Notes: generated by a model not told the origin, from the letters alone. Shown: positions 1 to 14,890, numbered from the stretch's first letter. The stretch is DNA of 64,000 nucleotides from Eledone cirrhosa (GCA_964016885.1 CAXHJY010000427.1:1-64000), one strand, 5' to 3'. Numbers and translations are program-made.

Positions 1-8
1 CATATATA

Positions 9-171
9 GTAACAAAGAAAAGTGTGGTAAGGAACCAGGTGGACCACAACGCTCCAGAACCATCGTTACTTAGGGTAGTAGAGTGGGTAATAGGAAAAGA
101 GTCAGGAACCCGACGGCTGAAGCTCCGGCTGTTTCGACAGCTAGATCCGAACGTTCGGATCTAGCTGGAGA
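9..171 (-). mobile_element. Family A hairpin element
   Basis: Shares cttagggtagtagagtgggtaatagg with seven other copies; ends in hairpin cagctagatccgaac/gttcggatctagctg. Confidence 0.8.
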
Positions 172-294
172 AGTTTTTCTAATCCAGTGGTTACCAACCT
201 TTTGTGTTCCATGCCCCTCCACAACGTTTCAAAAATTGTTATGATCCCCTTTGATATAAAAACAGCGATTATCCTCTGCAAAATGTATTTAAAT

Positions 295-545
295 TGGCGT
301 GAGACACGTGGCCTAGTGGTAAGGGAGTTGGAATTACGATCATAATGTCGTGGGTTTGAGTCTTGGACTGGGTTGTGTATTGTGTTCTTGAGCAAAACAC
401 TTCATTTCACGTTGCTCCAGTATACTCAGCTGAAAATGAGTACCAGCAATAGCTGGGGGTTTAACCCTGCGATGGACTGGCGTCCTGTCCAGGGGGGAGT
501 CTTGTACTCTCAGTCGCTTCACACCATGAAACCGAGAAAGAGAGA
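295..545 (+). mobile_element. tRNA-derived SINE (family S1)
   Basis: A box tggcctagtgg, B-box-like ggtttgagtc, central cttgagcaaaacactt...cagctgaaaatgagtacc and ccctgcgatggactggcgtcctgtccagggg, similar to Meta/V-type conserved SINE domains. Confidence 0.75.
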
Positions 546-1002
546 GCCATGAGTCGCCCTCCACTACCACATCTCCACTGACAAGATTTTATTAAGACCC
601 TCCTCGCCCTCCACCACCACAACATCTCCACTGACAAGATCTTGTCAAGACCCCATCACCACAACATCGTCACTGACAAACGTTCAACTTCACACCATGA
701 AACCGAGAAAGAGAGAGCCATGAAAGCCACGAAAGAGAGAGGGAGAAACCAAGAATCCTTCTGGCTTAAGACAGACTTTAGATACGTGGTGCCAGATGCA
801 CAATAACATGTGTGGAGGAGGTGAGATAGGAGTTTCCGACAGTAATGTGTACCAAAGGTGCCTTGGTGGAAAAGTAACAAGGTAAAACCTAAAGCTTGTC
901 CTCATTAACATCATTTTCAAATGTTTTCCCCTATGGGGCGTGCGTCCCGCGTTGGGAATCACTGGTCTAATCCTTAATAGTGTGGCCTCGTTGAGCGAAT
1001 AT

Positions 1003-3073
1003 GTCGTGGTGGTGGTGGTGATGGTGATGGCGGTGGTGATGCTGGTAGTAGTGGTGGTGGTGGTGGTGATGGTGGTAGTAGTCGTGGTGGTGGTGGTGGT
1101 GGTGATGGTGGTGGTGATGCTGGTAGTAGTGGTGGTGGTGGTGGTGATGGTGGTAGTAGTCGTGGTGGTGGTGGTGGTGGTGATGGTGCTAGTAGTCGTG
1201 GTAGTGGTGGTGGTGATGGTGGTGGTGATGCTGGTAGTAGTGGTGGTGGTGGTGGTGATGGTGGTAGTAGTCGTGGTGGTGGTGGTGGTGGTGGTGGTGG
1301 TGGTGGTGGTGGTGATGCTGGTAGTAGTGGTGGTGGTGGTGGTGGTGATGGTGGTAGTAGTCGTGGTGGTGGTGGTGGTGGTGGTGGTGGTGGTGGTGGT
1401 GGTGGTGGTGGTGGTGATGCTGGTAGTAGTGGTGGTGGTGGTGGTGGTGATGGTGGTAGCAGTCGTGGTGGTGGTGGTGGTGGTGCTTGTGGCGAGGGGT
1501 GGATGTAGTTAACATAATAGACTGTATGGGCCACCCACTTTCTAACGGTCGACTGGCAACTGCGTGACAAGTCAACCGAAATAGAGAGAGAGGGGGAGAG
1601 AGAGAGGGAGAGAGAGAGAGAAGGAGAGAGAAATTGAGAGAGAGAGGTAGAGAGAGAGGGGGAGAGAAAAAAGGAAAGAAAGAGAGAGAGGGCAGAGAGG
1701 GGGGGGGACAAGTAGAGTGAATGGTAAGGAGAAAGAGGGTAAAAGGGAGGGAAGGAGAGAGAGAGAAATGCAGAGAGGAGGAGAAGGTGGAGGAGGAAGT
1801 AGAAAGAGAGGTGTCAGATAAAGAGAGAGAGGGAGTAAATGGAGAAAGAGAGATTGTAGAGAAAGAAAGAGAGAAGGTGTAGATGAGGGAGGGGAAAATA
1901 AAGGCACTGACCTTTCAGGTGTTGACAAATTGTCCCCTTCCTCCCATTTACCTTAACACGTCTCCTTCTTATCCACTCTTTACATTCTTGTCTCTCTCTC
2001 TCCCAATCTCTTTCTCCCTCTGTCGCACTTTCTCTACGTCACACGCTCTCTCTCTCTCTCTCTGTCTGCCTGTCTGCACCCCGCTCTCTTTCTCTCTTTC
2101 ATTTTCTCATTCACTCCCAGTCTTTCTCGCTCTGTCGCACTTTCTCTCCATCTCTCTCTCTCTCATTCCCTCTTTCTCTCCATCTATTTCTCGTTCTGAC
2201 GCACTCTCTTTCCCTCTCTCTCTCTCTGTCTCTGTTATTTTCTCTCTCCCTCTCTCTCTCTGCCTCTGTCTCTCTGCCCCCCTCCCTCTCTCTTTCTCTC
2301 TCACACACACACTCACATCTACCTTTACTGATATATATACAGAAACAACTTCCAGTAGTTACCTTTAATGATTTATGCACACACGCACACACACACACAG
2401 ATTCACACACATACACACACGTACACACATACATACACATACACACACATACACACACATATACACACACATATACACACACACACAGACGCACACACAT
2501 ACATACATACACACATACATACAGAAACAACTTCCAGTAGATACCTTTAATGATTTATGCACACACACACAGATTCACACACACATACACACACATATAC
2601 ACATACACAGACACATACATACACATACACACACATACACACACACATACACACATATATACACACACACAGACACATAGATACACATACACACACATAC
2701 ACACACATATACACACACACATACACACATACATACACATACACACACATACACATACATATACACACATACACAGACATACTCACAGACACACATACTC
2801 ACAGACACACAGAGATACACATACATACACACATACCTATATACCCACATACACACACACACATGTTACTGGTGTTGATGTTGCTGTTGTTGTTAGTTGT
2901 AGTACTGGTGGTGTTGTTGGTGTTGTTATTGTTGTTGCTTCTGTAGCTGTTGTTTTTGGTGTTGCTGTTGTTGTTGGTGGTGATGGTGATGATGGTGGTG
3001 GTGGTGGTGGTGGTGGTGGTGTTGCTACTGTTGTTGTTGTTGGTGTTGTTGTTATTGTTGTTGGTTTTGTTGC

Positions 3074-3131
<58 letters not shown>

Positions 3132-4520
3132 GGTGGTGGTGTTGTGATTTTTGTTGTTACTGTTGTTGTTGTTGGTGTTGTTGTTGTTGTTTGTGTTAGT
3201 GGTGGTGGTGGTGTTGTTAGTGGTGGTGGTGGTGTTGTGATTTTTGTTGTTACTGTTGTTGTTGTTGGTGGTGGTGATTGGTGGTGTTGTGATTTTTGTT
3301 GTTACTGCTGTTGTTGTTGGTGTTGTTGTTGGTGTTGGTGGTGTTGTCATTGTTGTTGTTACTGTTGTTGTTGTTGTGGTGGTGGTTGTGGTGGTGGTGG
3401 TGGTGGTGGTGGTGGTGTTGCCATTGTTGTTGTTACTGTTGTTGTTCTTGGTGGTGATGCTGTGATATTCCTTTTATTGTCGTTGCTGTTATTTATGTTA
3501 TTAGTGGCATTTAGTGTTGTTGTTGTAGAGGCCATTGCTGTTGTTGTTGTTGATGAGACTGTTGTAGTGGTTGTTGTTATTGTTCTTGTTGTAATTGCTA
3601 TAGTTGATGACACTGTTGTTTTTGTTGCTAAAGTTGATGGCATTGTTGTTGTTGTTGTTGTAATTGATGAGTCTGTCTGTCTGTCTGTTAAGGGTGTTTG
3701 TTAAATGACTGTCAATCATCCGGGGTAGATGTACAATGGTGGTTATAAACTGGGAGTTGAAACCTCGTGAGACACTGCTCTGAACACACACATATACACA
3801 TACATATACATACACACATACACACATACACACATACACATACACAGACATACACACAGATACTCAGACATACACACACATATACATACACACATACATG
3901 TACACACATACACGCATACACATACACACATACACACACATACACAGATACTCAGACATACACACATACATACACATACACAGATACTCAGACATACACA
4001 CACATATACACATACATATACATACACACATACATATACACACATACACATACACATACACACATACACATACACACATACACACACATACACAGATACA
4101 GAGACACACACACACATACATACACATACACAGATACACAGACATACCCACACAGAGACATACACACATACACACATACATATACACACATACACACATA
4201 CACATACACACATACACACACAGATACACACACACATACACATACATACACACACATACACACACACAAATATACACACACACATCTACATACAAACACA
4301 CAGACATACACACACAGGCATACACACAGACATACACACACACAGAGATACTCAGACACACACACAAAGATATCTATCTGTCTGTCTGTCTATCTATCTA
4401 TCCAGCTATACATTCATCTCTCTCTCTCACTCTCTCTCTCCCTCTCTCTCTATGTGTGTGTGTGTGTGTGTGTGTCTGTGTATGTGTGTGTGCGAGTGTG
4501 TGTGTCTGTATATATATATA
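1003..4520. repeat. Compound microsatellite block: (GGT)n, (GA)n, (CT)n, (CA/CATA)n, (GTT)n
   Basis: Direct reading of the sequence. Confidence 0.95.
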
Positions 4521-4544
4521 TATACAGATTATATATATATATAT

Positions 4545-4734
4545 AATTGTTTCTACGTTTGGCACAAGGCCAGCAATTACCCAGTACATTACTGGTACTT
4601 TATTTTATCGACTCCGTAAGGATGAAAGGCAAAGTTAACCTCGGCGGGATTTGAACTCAGATCATAAAGGGCCGTAACTCTATGCTGCAAAGCATGGTGT
4701 CCGACTCTCTACCCATTCTGCCAATCCACCGTCC
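4545..4734 (-). mobile_element. Octopus/Ceph-type tRNA SINE (S2), full length
   Basis: Reverse complement of 25042-25231; B box gttcaaatcc; core cgccgaggttaactttgcctttcatccttacgg.gtcgataaaataaagtaccagt. Confidence 0.85.
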
Positions 4735-4808
4735 TTATATATATATAATGTATGTATAATATCCTATTGAGAGAGAGATAGTTTGATAGATAGATCGATC
4801 GATCGAAA

Positions 4809-4873
<65 letters not shown>

Positions 4874-5077
4874 ATCTATCTATCTATGTGCATATTATGT
4901 ATATATATATGTGTGTATATGTGTGTGTGTGTTAAGCATTTCCGTAGAAAAGGTAAAGGAAAGAAGTGTGCTCTATGTATAGTACAGAGCTATCTAATTA
5001 CATAATAAACAACACAAGATAATTATTCCATTACCAAAGGTTTCATGAAACTAGACAATCCTTACAGAAACGTCCAG

Positions 5078-5148
5078 TTCTCATCTGATGAACGAGCTGG
5101 ACGATCCTGTATGGATCGTCTAGTCTCCTGAAAACTTTGGTAATGGAA
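5078..5148 (+). ncRNA. Hammerhead motif inside a fold-back element (4995-5180)
   Basis: ttctcat CTGATGA ...ctggacgatcc-tgtat-ggatcgtctag... GAAA actttgg TA atggaa; inverted arm reads GAAA-CCTTTGG-TA; related half copy at 40145-40190 (minus). Confidence 0.65.
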
Positions 5149-5177
5149 TAATGATATTGTCTCGTTTATTATGTAAT

Positions 5178-5213
<36 letters not shown>

Positions 5214-5215
<2 letters not shown>

Positions 5216-5400
5216 AACCAGTAAGACCCCGACGGCTGAGCTCAAGCCGTTTCGACGGCTAATTCTGGACTAATTAGCCGTCGAAACGGCTTGAGCTCAG
5301 CCGTCGGGGTCTTACTGGTTCCTATTACCCACTCTACTACCCTAAGTATTGAGTACTTTGGTGCGTTATGGTCCACCTGGTTCCTTACCACATTTCCCTC

Positions 5401-5402
<2 letters not shown>
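5214..5402 (+). mobile_element. Family A hairpin element
   Basis: Inverted short arm + long arm with GAAACGGCT-loop-AGCCGTC; (TA)n both sides. Confidence 0.85.
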
Positions 5403-5447
<45 letters not shown>

Positions 5448-5572
5448 TATTTATATACACACCACGCATCTCAACGTACACCCACTTACATCTCTCTCTC
5501 CACCACCGGATCTTGTTACCCGGAGATTTACCCATTTGCATTGTCGAGGCTTCCAAACGACTTAAAGATATT

Positions 5573-5654
<82 letters not shown>

Positions 5655-5803
5655 AATTCGATTCCTGGACCGGGCGAGCGTTATGTCCTTGAGCAAGACA
5701 CTTTATTTCACATTGCTCCTTCTTCCTGGAGTTGCGACCGATAGATAGTATTAGCAATTGGAAAGACTAACGGAAACATTGTTTCCTCAGTCCGATTTGA
5801 CGA
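5655..5803 (+). mobile_element. 5'-truncated tRNA-SINE variant (S1 head, different tail)
   Basis: ttcgattcc B box, gtccttgagcaagacact; homologous to 18808-18955. Confidence 0.65.
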
Positions 5804-6206
5804 AAGTCGATCGATCCTTTATATATATATATATTGAAAGTTAGTTAGAAATATCCAAGCGTAAGAGCACTCAGTCCATAGGATGAGTTTAGTATAAATA
5901 ATTACATCAGTGAGATAAAGTGGTACTTAAGTGTCGTTGGATTCTGGATCCCAACTCATTCAGCCTGTCATAAGAAAAATGAGAATAAAGATGGCCGCCT
6001 AGGGTTGATATATTCCTCAAAGGAAGGCACAATCAAACCCTAGGCGGCCATCTTTATAGTTATTTGCAGCGATTCTTTGCTTAAACTTTAATCTGTTCTT
6101 ATAATAAATATTTGCTCTACGGGTTTATATATATATATATATATATAGAAATAATAATAAAATAAGGGTGAAAGCAGCGATTCTTTGCTTAAACTTTAAT
6201 CTGTTA

Positions 6207-6299
<93 letters not shown>

Positions 6300-6329
6300 T
6301 ATATATATATATATTTATATATATGTGTG

Positions 6330-6505
6330 TCTGATGGTAGCTAAGATGCTTTCATAGGTGGTATGCCGGTTGAGCACTCTATGCTCTTACAGAGCAGAGT
6401 ATGATAGAATAGAAAACGAAAAATCAGTGAAGCATCTGAACTCAATTTATTGTGTGTTACAATTGTTTCGCGCGCGAACAGCTCGAGACGCGCTCATTGT
6501 GTGGA
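6330..6505 (-). mobile_element. Family C element (3' half of hammerhead plus tail)
   Basis: Homologous to 39915-40098 (ttgagcactc.atgctcttacagagcagagtat). Confidence 0.7.
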
Positions 6506-6556
6506 TCTTATCGAGCCCTCGTCGGATTTTAGTCTTCACATTTATTATTAATATAT

Positions 6557-6640
<84 letters not shown>

Positions 6641-6659
6641 ATGTATATATGTATATATA

Positions 6660-7062
6660 CGGGAGAGACCCCTTAGCCTTTGTCAAGGCAGAATTCTAGG
6701 AGAAGGAAAACTCTGATATAACACCTGCAACCCTGATGGTATCCAATGATGTTGACTTCTTCTTCTTTTGGTAAATATCATCTTGGTTAAGAGAGTGGGA
6801 CTGGCTTTGTGCAGTGCCTTTGCTCACTATAAAAGCTTCACGGCACAGGCATTGCTTTATATCTGGAGATCTCTCTGCACTTGTCGTCACATGGTACCAT
6901 GGGCCCAGCACTATGTGTCAATAATTGTCACAAGTGTAGTGTTTGTACCAGAGTTTTCATGTCGCAGGCTGGACTAAAAAGTCACTCGTTCAGCGCATCG
7001 GTAGGGGTTCTCCTACATGGATATAAAGTAGTGGCCGTACTCGAAAACGAGTTGGCAGCCAC
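6660..7062 (+). mobile_element. Degraded RTE-related fragment
   Basis: HKCSVCTRVFMSQAGLKSH C2H2-like tail as in RTE/BovB-type 3' ends; ctaggagaaggaaaactctga resembles RTE 5' regions. Confidence 0.45.
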
Positions 7063-7440
7063 CATATATGTATATATATGTATGTGTGTGTGTCTGTGTG
7101 TCTGTGTGTGTGTGTGTATGTATATATTATATCATATTATATATATACACACATACCAACTGACAGACACATTATACCAACCAATAGCCAGTAATGATGT
7201 AGACATGCTTCTATTATGCACTAATATACGAAAGATAGGAATACAATTGACGTATTAACCGTATTAAAATAGTTTTACATACATACATAATTATACATAC
7301 ATGTGTGTGTGTATACCTATACGTACACCCCCTATATAAATATATATATATATATATATACAGTATATATATATATATATATATATATACATACATACAA
7401 TGTACATACATATGTGTTTATATACCTATACGTACACCTC

Positions 7441-7505
<65 letters not shown>

Positions 7506-7548
7506 ATACCTATATATGTGTGTGTGTATATATGTATACGTACACCTC

Positions 7549-7599
<51 letters not shown>

Positions 7600-7716
7600 T
7601 ACATATATACATACAATATATACATGTAAGTATGAATATGAATATTTCTATAAATATTCTTTTTATTTTTACGACCGTGTAATACGTAGGACAATGGAAA
7701 AAAAAGAAAGAAAGAG

Positions 7717-7763
<47 letters not shown>

Positions 7764-8224
7764 AGAGGTAATAAAAGAAAGCTGCCAGTTATTTTCTGTG
7801 ATAATTGGTCACGTGTTTAGATGACAATACGGATGAAAGTGTCGCCAGCCGGACTCTAGGTGACAGTCAGAATGAGAGAGGGGGAGAAGAAGCAGAAGAA
7901 GAGAGGTCTGTCTGCTGTTCTGTTAGCAGCAGACCATGAAGTCTTTGTAGTCAATGTTTCTGGACAAGAAGAAGAAACTTTGGTGCCAGACTTTCAACAA
8001 ACCAACGACACGATTTACCAAACAACACAAACCAAGAAATGCAAACGTATAATTTCGTTTTGTTAAACTGGGTCTATTAAAGCAACACTTAACCTCTGTA
8101 TACATACCTACATACCTACATACATACGTATATACATACATATATACATACATACATATTTCATACATACGTATAGCTTTTTGTTATTGTCAACGTCACT
8201 GGCTTGAAGGAATTCCGTCAGTAT

Positions 8225-8298
<74 letters not shown>

Positions 8299-9309
8299 AT
8301 GCACATAATTTACTTTCGTCCATATCTGTCTCTTTTTTGTGAAAATATAATTATATATATATCTTAGTAGTATCTGTTTATATATATATATATACAGATC
8401 CTACATATATACGTATGTATATATATATGTATGTACGTGTCGACATGAATAATTACATATACATATATAATATGACCGGGTGACTCCAGTTTTCTTTAAA
8501 AAATATCTTGAAGCTCTCCGTCCAACAACAACAACAACGACAACAAATATATAATATATAAACAAATAATAATTCTTCAAACGTCATAGGTATGTTATTT
8601 CCTTAAAAATGGCGACAATGGCGACGCAGACGACGATGGCAATGGCGATAGTAACAGTCGCTTATTTGGGATGGTTGGCTGGGTGGGTAGGTTTATAGAT
8701 ATATTAAATGTAAGAGAAAAATTAAGGAGTGAGATAAAATAAAGAAGGGCGCCATGGAGAAGAGTGGGAAGTGGGAGTGAGTGGGGGGAGATCTTCCGAA
8801 ATGAAACTCAACGTAAAAATAAAAGGGAAAAAAATGGGGGAAAAACTAGGAAGAAGGTAGAGCCATTTAGTTAAGCTTCACTAGCAATCAAAAGATTCTT
8901 TGTGGAGTTTGTTCGTATTTAGACGATACAGTCAAGTGTGTTTTCTTAGCTGTGTGGGTAGGAGGAATGGCGAGAAAATTGCATATTTATAAATAATAAT
9001 AACTAATGATTGAACAAAGAATTAACACTGTGACCGAAGACGGTGCCATATGTCTCTATGTCACCAACCTAGAATCTCTGAGATTCTTCTTCTTCCATCT
9101 TGTTGTTCTGTTGTTCTTTCTTTCTGTCTTTATTTTTCTGACGTTACTTCCTTAATGGATTATAATGGCCGCCAATTAAAGAAAGTAAATTATTGGCTCT
9201 ATTGTTGTTATTGCTGTTGTTGTACCATAGTTCGAAAACAATACACACTGCCATCGTTAGCGTCACTTCTTGGCACCAGCTATGTATGTTTGTATGTTTG
9301 TATGCATTT

Positions 9310-9373
<64 letters not shown>

Positions 9374-9411
9374 AATGAAAAATGGCGTGCTGCGTTGTTG
9401 CGAATGTGATA

Positions 9412-9572
9412 CATATGAATTAAAATATAGAGCAAGAAACCAGGACTATCCGTCATCAGCGATCTTCTGGTCATCATCGGTATTTCTTCGAATTAAAAAT
9501 GCGAATAAATACCGATGATGGCCAGAAGATCACTGATGACGGATAGACCTGGTTTCTTGCTCTATTTTTTAA

Positions 9573-9580
<8 letters not shown>
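9412..9580. repeat. Inverted repeat, about 75-bp arms
   Basis: atatgaattaaaa.atagagcaagaaaccagg...cggtattt paired with aaataccg...cctggtttcttgctctattttttaattcatat. Confidence 0.85.
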
Positions 9581-9630
<50 letters not shown>

Positions 9631-9811
9631 AAAGGGAAAGTAAGGTTCTATTGAAAACAGTCGTTATAGAGAAAAGGCGAAGTTGGAAATAGCACGGAAA
9701 ATATATTTTAGGGTCTGTTTTTCTTTTTTTTCCTTTCTTTGAGATTGGTCAAAATGACATTATATACGTGTGTGTATGTATATATATATAAATATGTGTG
9801 TTTGTATACAT

Positions 9812-9975
<164 letters not shown>

Positions 9976-10240
9976 CTGTAATTTCTATAATACGAAGAGG
10001 GTGTTTAACTCCAACACGCTCCACTATTTTAATCCTTATATATATATATATGCATATTAGTAGATCTACTGATCAGCCATATATATATAAATATATATAT
10101 GGATGATCAGTGGATCTGCTAATATGCAGATCTGACTGATCAGCCTGTCTGCTAATATGCAAATCAGGCCGATCAGTCACTGTATATTTTAGAAAATAGC
10201 ATATATTTTCACTAGGTTTGACAGTTGGCAGGTGAACAGT

Positions 10241-10290
10241 GAGCTGTACTGATGAAGGGTGATACTCAGAAACATTAGTGTCTGCAGTTC
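10241..10290 (+). ncRNA. Type I hammerhead ribozyme motif, complete
   Basis: Stem I gagctgta/tgcagttc, CTGATGA, stem II gggt-gat-actc, GAAA, stem III ca-ttag-tg, GTC; predicted cut after 10282. Confidence 0.8.
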
Positions 10291-10445
10291 TGTTTGCATG
10301 CCAACACAAGAGCAAGAATGAAGGGTTCATTCTACTGACATGGCGTTAAAAATGAGGCTTGTTTGCATAATTGCAAACGAAATTGTATTCAGCCATGTAG
10401 AGCGAATTTATATATACATATAATAATAATAAAAAAAATTCGCTC

Positions 10446-10534
<89 letters not shown>

Positions 10535-10572
10535 GTATATATATGTGGGTGTCTGTGTCTATATACACTGGT

Positions 10573-10610
<38 letters not shown>

Positions 10611-10874
10611 CACACACACACTCACACATATATGCAAAACACCACCAGCTCTTTCACTCTTCCATTCTCCTTCTCTGTCTCCTCTCCCTCTCTCTATGTG
10701 CTATCTCTTTCAATCTACTCTGTCACAACCACTATCTCTTCCTATCTCTCCTTCGATCTCTCTGTTTATGAAGGTACACAGAAAACACCGTATCTCGGGA
10801 ACCCGTGCTTCGATTTACGCGAAACTTGCTTTATTCCATATTGTTCTGATATTGTTGTTCTTCATCACGACCAT

Positions 10875-11532
10875 CTTCTTCTTCTTCTTCTTCTTCTTCT
10901 TCTTCTTCTTCTTCTTCTTCTTCTTCTTCTTCTTCTTCTTCTTCTTCTTCTTCTTCTTCTTCTTCTTCTTCTTCTTCTTCTTCTTCTTCTTCTTCAAACG
11001 ATGACGATAATGATGATGATGATGCACGCTATTTACCCAGAATGCACTCTGTAACCGTTGTTGACATACTGTTGACAGACCGGCCGTCAACAGTATTACA
11101 CAATGGCTGAAGACAAGGCGGTGAGGGGTGGGGAGGTCGTTCTGGGGCTGGGGGTGCCCCCCTTCCTATATAGAAAGTTCTGGAAGAAAATAAAAAACAA
11201 ATAAAAACAAAACAAAATATTATCTACAGTAGTTGTGTCACTGTTGTTGTTGTTGTTACTGTTGTTGTTGTTATTGTTGCTGTTGTTATTGTTGTTGTCG
11301 TTATTGTTGTTGTTGTTATTGTTGTCGTTGTTGTCGTTATTGTTACTGTTGTTGTTATTGTTGTTATTGTTGTTGTTGTCGTTACTGCTGTTGTTGTTGT
11401 TATTATTGTTGTTATTATTGTTATTGTTATTATTGATATGTATTATTAGGTTCATATCAGCGTGGGTTTCCTAATGTCCAATCTCCTCATCATCATCACC
11501 ATCATCTACATCATCACCATCATCATCATCAT

Positions 11533-11564
<32 letters not shown>

Positions 11565-12140
11565 TCATAATCATCATCATCATCATCATATCATCATCTC
11601 TTTACCGTTTACCACTGTCAGCCTAATATCATCACACAACACCACACCTCACCGCACCACACTACATCACATCACCCCACACCCCACCATACCACACCAT
11701 ACCATACCACATGACACAAGACCACACTACAGCACACCACGCCACACCACACCATGACATACCATACGACACGACACTACACCACACCACACCCCACCGT
11801 ACCACATGACACAATATCACACTACATCACACCATCCCACACCATACCACACTTGACCATGTCATACCACACCATACCACACCACACCACACCATACCAC
11901 ACTTCACCATGTCACACCACACCACACCACACCACATCACACCACACCATACCACACCATACCACACTTCACCATGTCACACAACACCACACCATGACAT
12001 GCCATACTACACGACACTACACCGCAAGACACTACACCACACTACACCACACCACACTACACCACAACATACCACACCACAAGACACCACACCACACCAC
12101 ACCACACCATACCACAAGACACCACAACATGCCATACCAT
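10875..12140. repeat. (TTC)n, (TTG)n, (CAT)n and (CACAC)n microsatellite block
   Basis: Direct reading; pure (TTC)n about 10875-10995. Confidence 0.95.
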
Positions 12141-12344
12141 TAACAATAACAGTATGCACTGACAGTACCCTGTGTGTGTTTTATACTCTAAACAAAGACC
12201 CCTAAAAGTTATTAAGGTGACATGAAGGGCGAGGTTTCAATTAGCATGTTAAATGTATTATTAATTGTTATTGTCAAAGATCCTTTCTAACATACACACA
12301 CAGAGGGAGGGGGGGGGGCTGACAGATGTATATACAATGCATAT

Positions 12345-12424
<80 letters not shown>

Positions 12425-13352
12425 GTATGTATATATATATATATATTTATATATATATTTATATATACATCCTATATATATGTGTGTATACATATATATA
12501 TATATATAGATAGATAGAGAGAGAGAAAGAGAGAGAGAGAGAAAGAAAGAGACAGACAGAAAGAGAGAGAGAAAGAAAGAAAGAGAGAAAGAGATAGAGA
12601 GAGAGAGAGCTGGATATGAAGACAAACCTCACATACACAAGCACGCACACACACGCCTATACACCAATCCGTATATAATTAAACTCATAATTATGTCTTT
12701 CTATGAGAATATGTATCTGTGTATGCATGTGTGTGTGTGTGTGTGGGTGTGGGTGTGGGTGTGTACATAAGAATGAATAAAAATACTGTATTCTCGAATC
12801 TTATATAATTTTATTAATTAGGTCATTGCCATACTACACAACGTTGAGTGCTAAAACCTGGCTATACGGATGTTAATTGATCAACAAGTAGGATTGAGAA
12901 AGGATTACTTATTAACGAACACGAATGGTCAAACATAAGTAAATGTGTCACCAATATACAAAACATCTTAAATTGCTAAAAATATCTCATTCAGCGAAGC
13001 AAATACATATAGAAGATCTTATACAGAATCACTGAAAGTTAGATCCCAATATAGCAATCTAAAAAGAAAACATCACAATCATCTTTCCCGAAGGATATAG
13101 TGTTAGTTAAGCAACGTAAAGCTAGAAGGCTTCACTTGTGAAGTGTTCTTTTTAGATTAATTTATTGGGATCTACCCCTTAGTGATTTTGTATAAGATAC
13201 AAAATCATACATACGTACGTACATACATACATGTGTATATACATGTTTACACATTTTATACATACATATATACATACATACATATATGCATACATACATA
13301 CATACATACATACATACATACATACATACATACATACATACATACATACATA

Positions 13353-13692
13353 CGTTGTAAGAAAAATACAAGAGAAGGAGGACATCTACAGACCATTGAT
13401 GACGAATTTGCAAATCCAGTATCCAAAACCACCCCTTCAGCTTCATAATTGCATTATTGGAGCTACAGGTTATATACCAACCCGTTTGGACCAAAGTATG
13501 ACTAAACTTGGATTTGTGGACAAAGAGTGCAGTTCGCTAATTCATAGACTACAAATGGCTGCGATAGCTGGCACCTTCAAAATTTGCAAAACATTATTGC
13601 GATTCAAGGGATGACAATTTCTTTTCTTTTACAACCTTGCCACCAGGAAGGTGACCGGTCAAAATTGTACTCGAAATTAAGAGAAAGAGAAA
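13353..13692 (+). mobile_element. 3' end of an RLE-type non-LTR retrotransposon in (CATA)n
   Basis: KIQEKEDIYRPL...IIGATGYIP...LQMAAIAGTFKICKTLL resembles the C-terminus of RLE-encoding elements (EK..Y..L, iGA.G); (CATA)n both sides. Clade not resolved. Confidence 0.65.
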
Positions 13693-14643
13693 CATACATA
13701 CATGCATAGATACATACACACATACATACACAATCCATTAATGGAACAGTACAAATATGTAAATAATCCAAAATATTTGCATCTAATAACTGCATATACA
13801 CTTGTACAGATACAAAGCGTATACACATGCACACATAGAACTCAAAACATCCACATCTACACATACAATAACATCCATACTTGCACACACATGCATACAT
13901 ATCTACCTAGTTGATGTGTAAATTTCAATGAGAGAGTCTTGTATCTATGTTAGATACCGACTCTCTCTCTATTGGCAAACATTTGAGAAATTATAAAACC
14001 AGAAGAATATACATACATACATACACACATACGTACATACACACATACATACATATACATATAGATACATACAAACATATACACATACATACACAATAAT
14101 AGCTCCATCAGTTTCGAGAATGTCCATACCACTCAAAGACGAGTGGCAACAATATCACTTTTTAGTTCTGCTAAAGACTTAGATTCCTTTCTGCATATGC
14201 TACAACGAAAGAAAAAAATAAAAGAAAACCATGCTCATACAATACACGAGAAAATCGTTTAGATCAAGTGATGCCTGTGCTTGAAACTTTTTAAGCGATG
14301 AAAGGCCTTGTTCTGGACCAATGCCACACTCTGAATAACGATAACAGGTAACCAAAAACAAGATTATTGGTTGCCATCGAGTCACCGGTTTTTCCTTCTA
14401 GAATAATGTCCTAACAAGAACTAGGGCTCTCTCACTTCCGGTGTGATAACATAAATACATACACACATATACACATATACACATATACACATTCATACAT
14501 GGATACATTAATACATTAATACATACACAAACTCATAGATAGATAGATAGATAGGTACATACATACAAACAGATATACATGCACAGACACACACATACAA
14601 ACAGATATACATGTACAGACACACACATACACATACGCACACA

Positions 14644-14689
<46 letters not shown>

Positions 14690-14690
<1 letters not shown>

Positions 14691-14890
14691 GGAGGAAATG
14701 TGGTAAGGAACCAGGTGAACCATAACGCATCAAAGTACTCAATACTTAGGGTAGTAGAGTGGGTAATAGGAACGAGTAGGATCCCGACGGCTGAGCTCAA
14801 GCCGTTTCGACGGCTAATTCTGGACGCAAATTGAGTCCAGAATTAGCCATCGAAACGGCTTGAGCTCAGCCGTCGGGGTCCTACTCGTTC
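14690..14890 (-). mobile_element. Family A hairpin element
   Basis: As above, long arm on minus strand; (TA)n both sides. Confidence 0.85.

Noticed and set aside
184-275. hAT-like terminus cagtggttaccaaccttt
   Set aside because: No matching right end or target duplication found.
295-375. tRNA gene
   Set aside because: tRNA-like head of a SINE; no complete cloverleaf and followed by SINE body. Same for 22710-22788 and 25042-25135.
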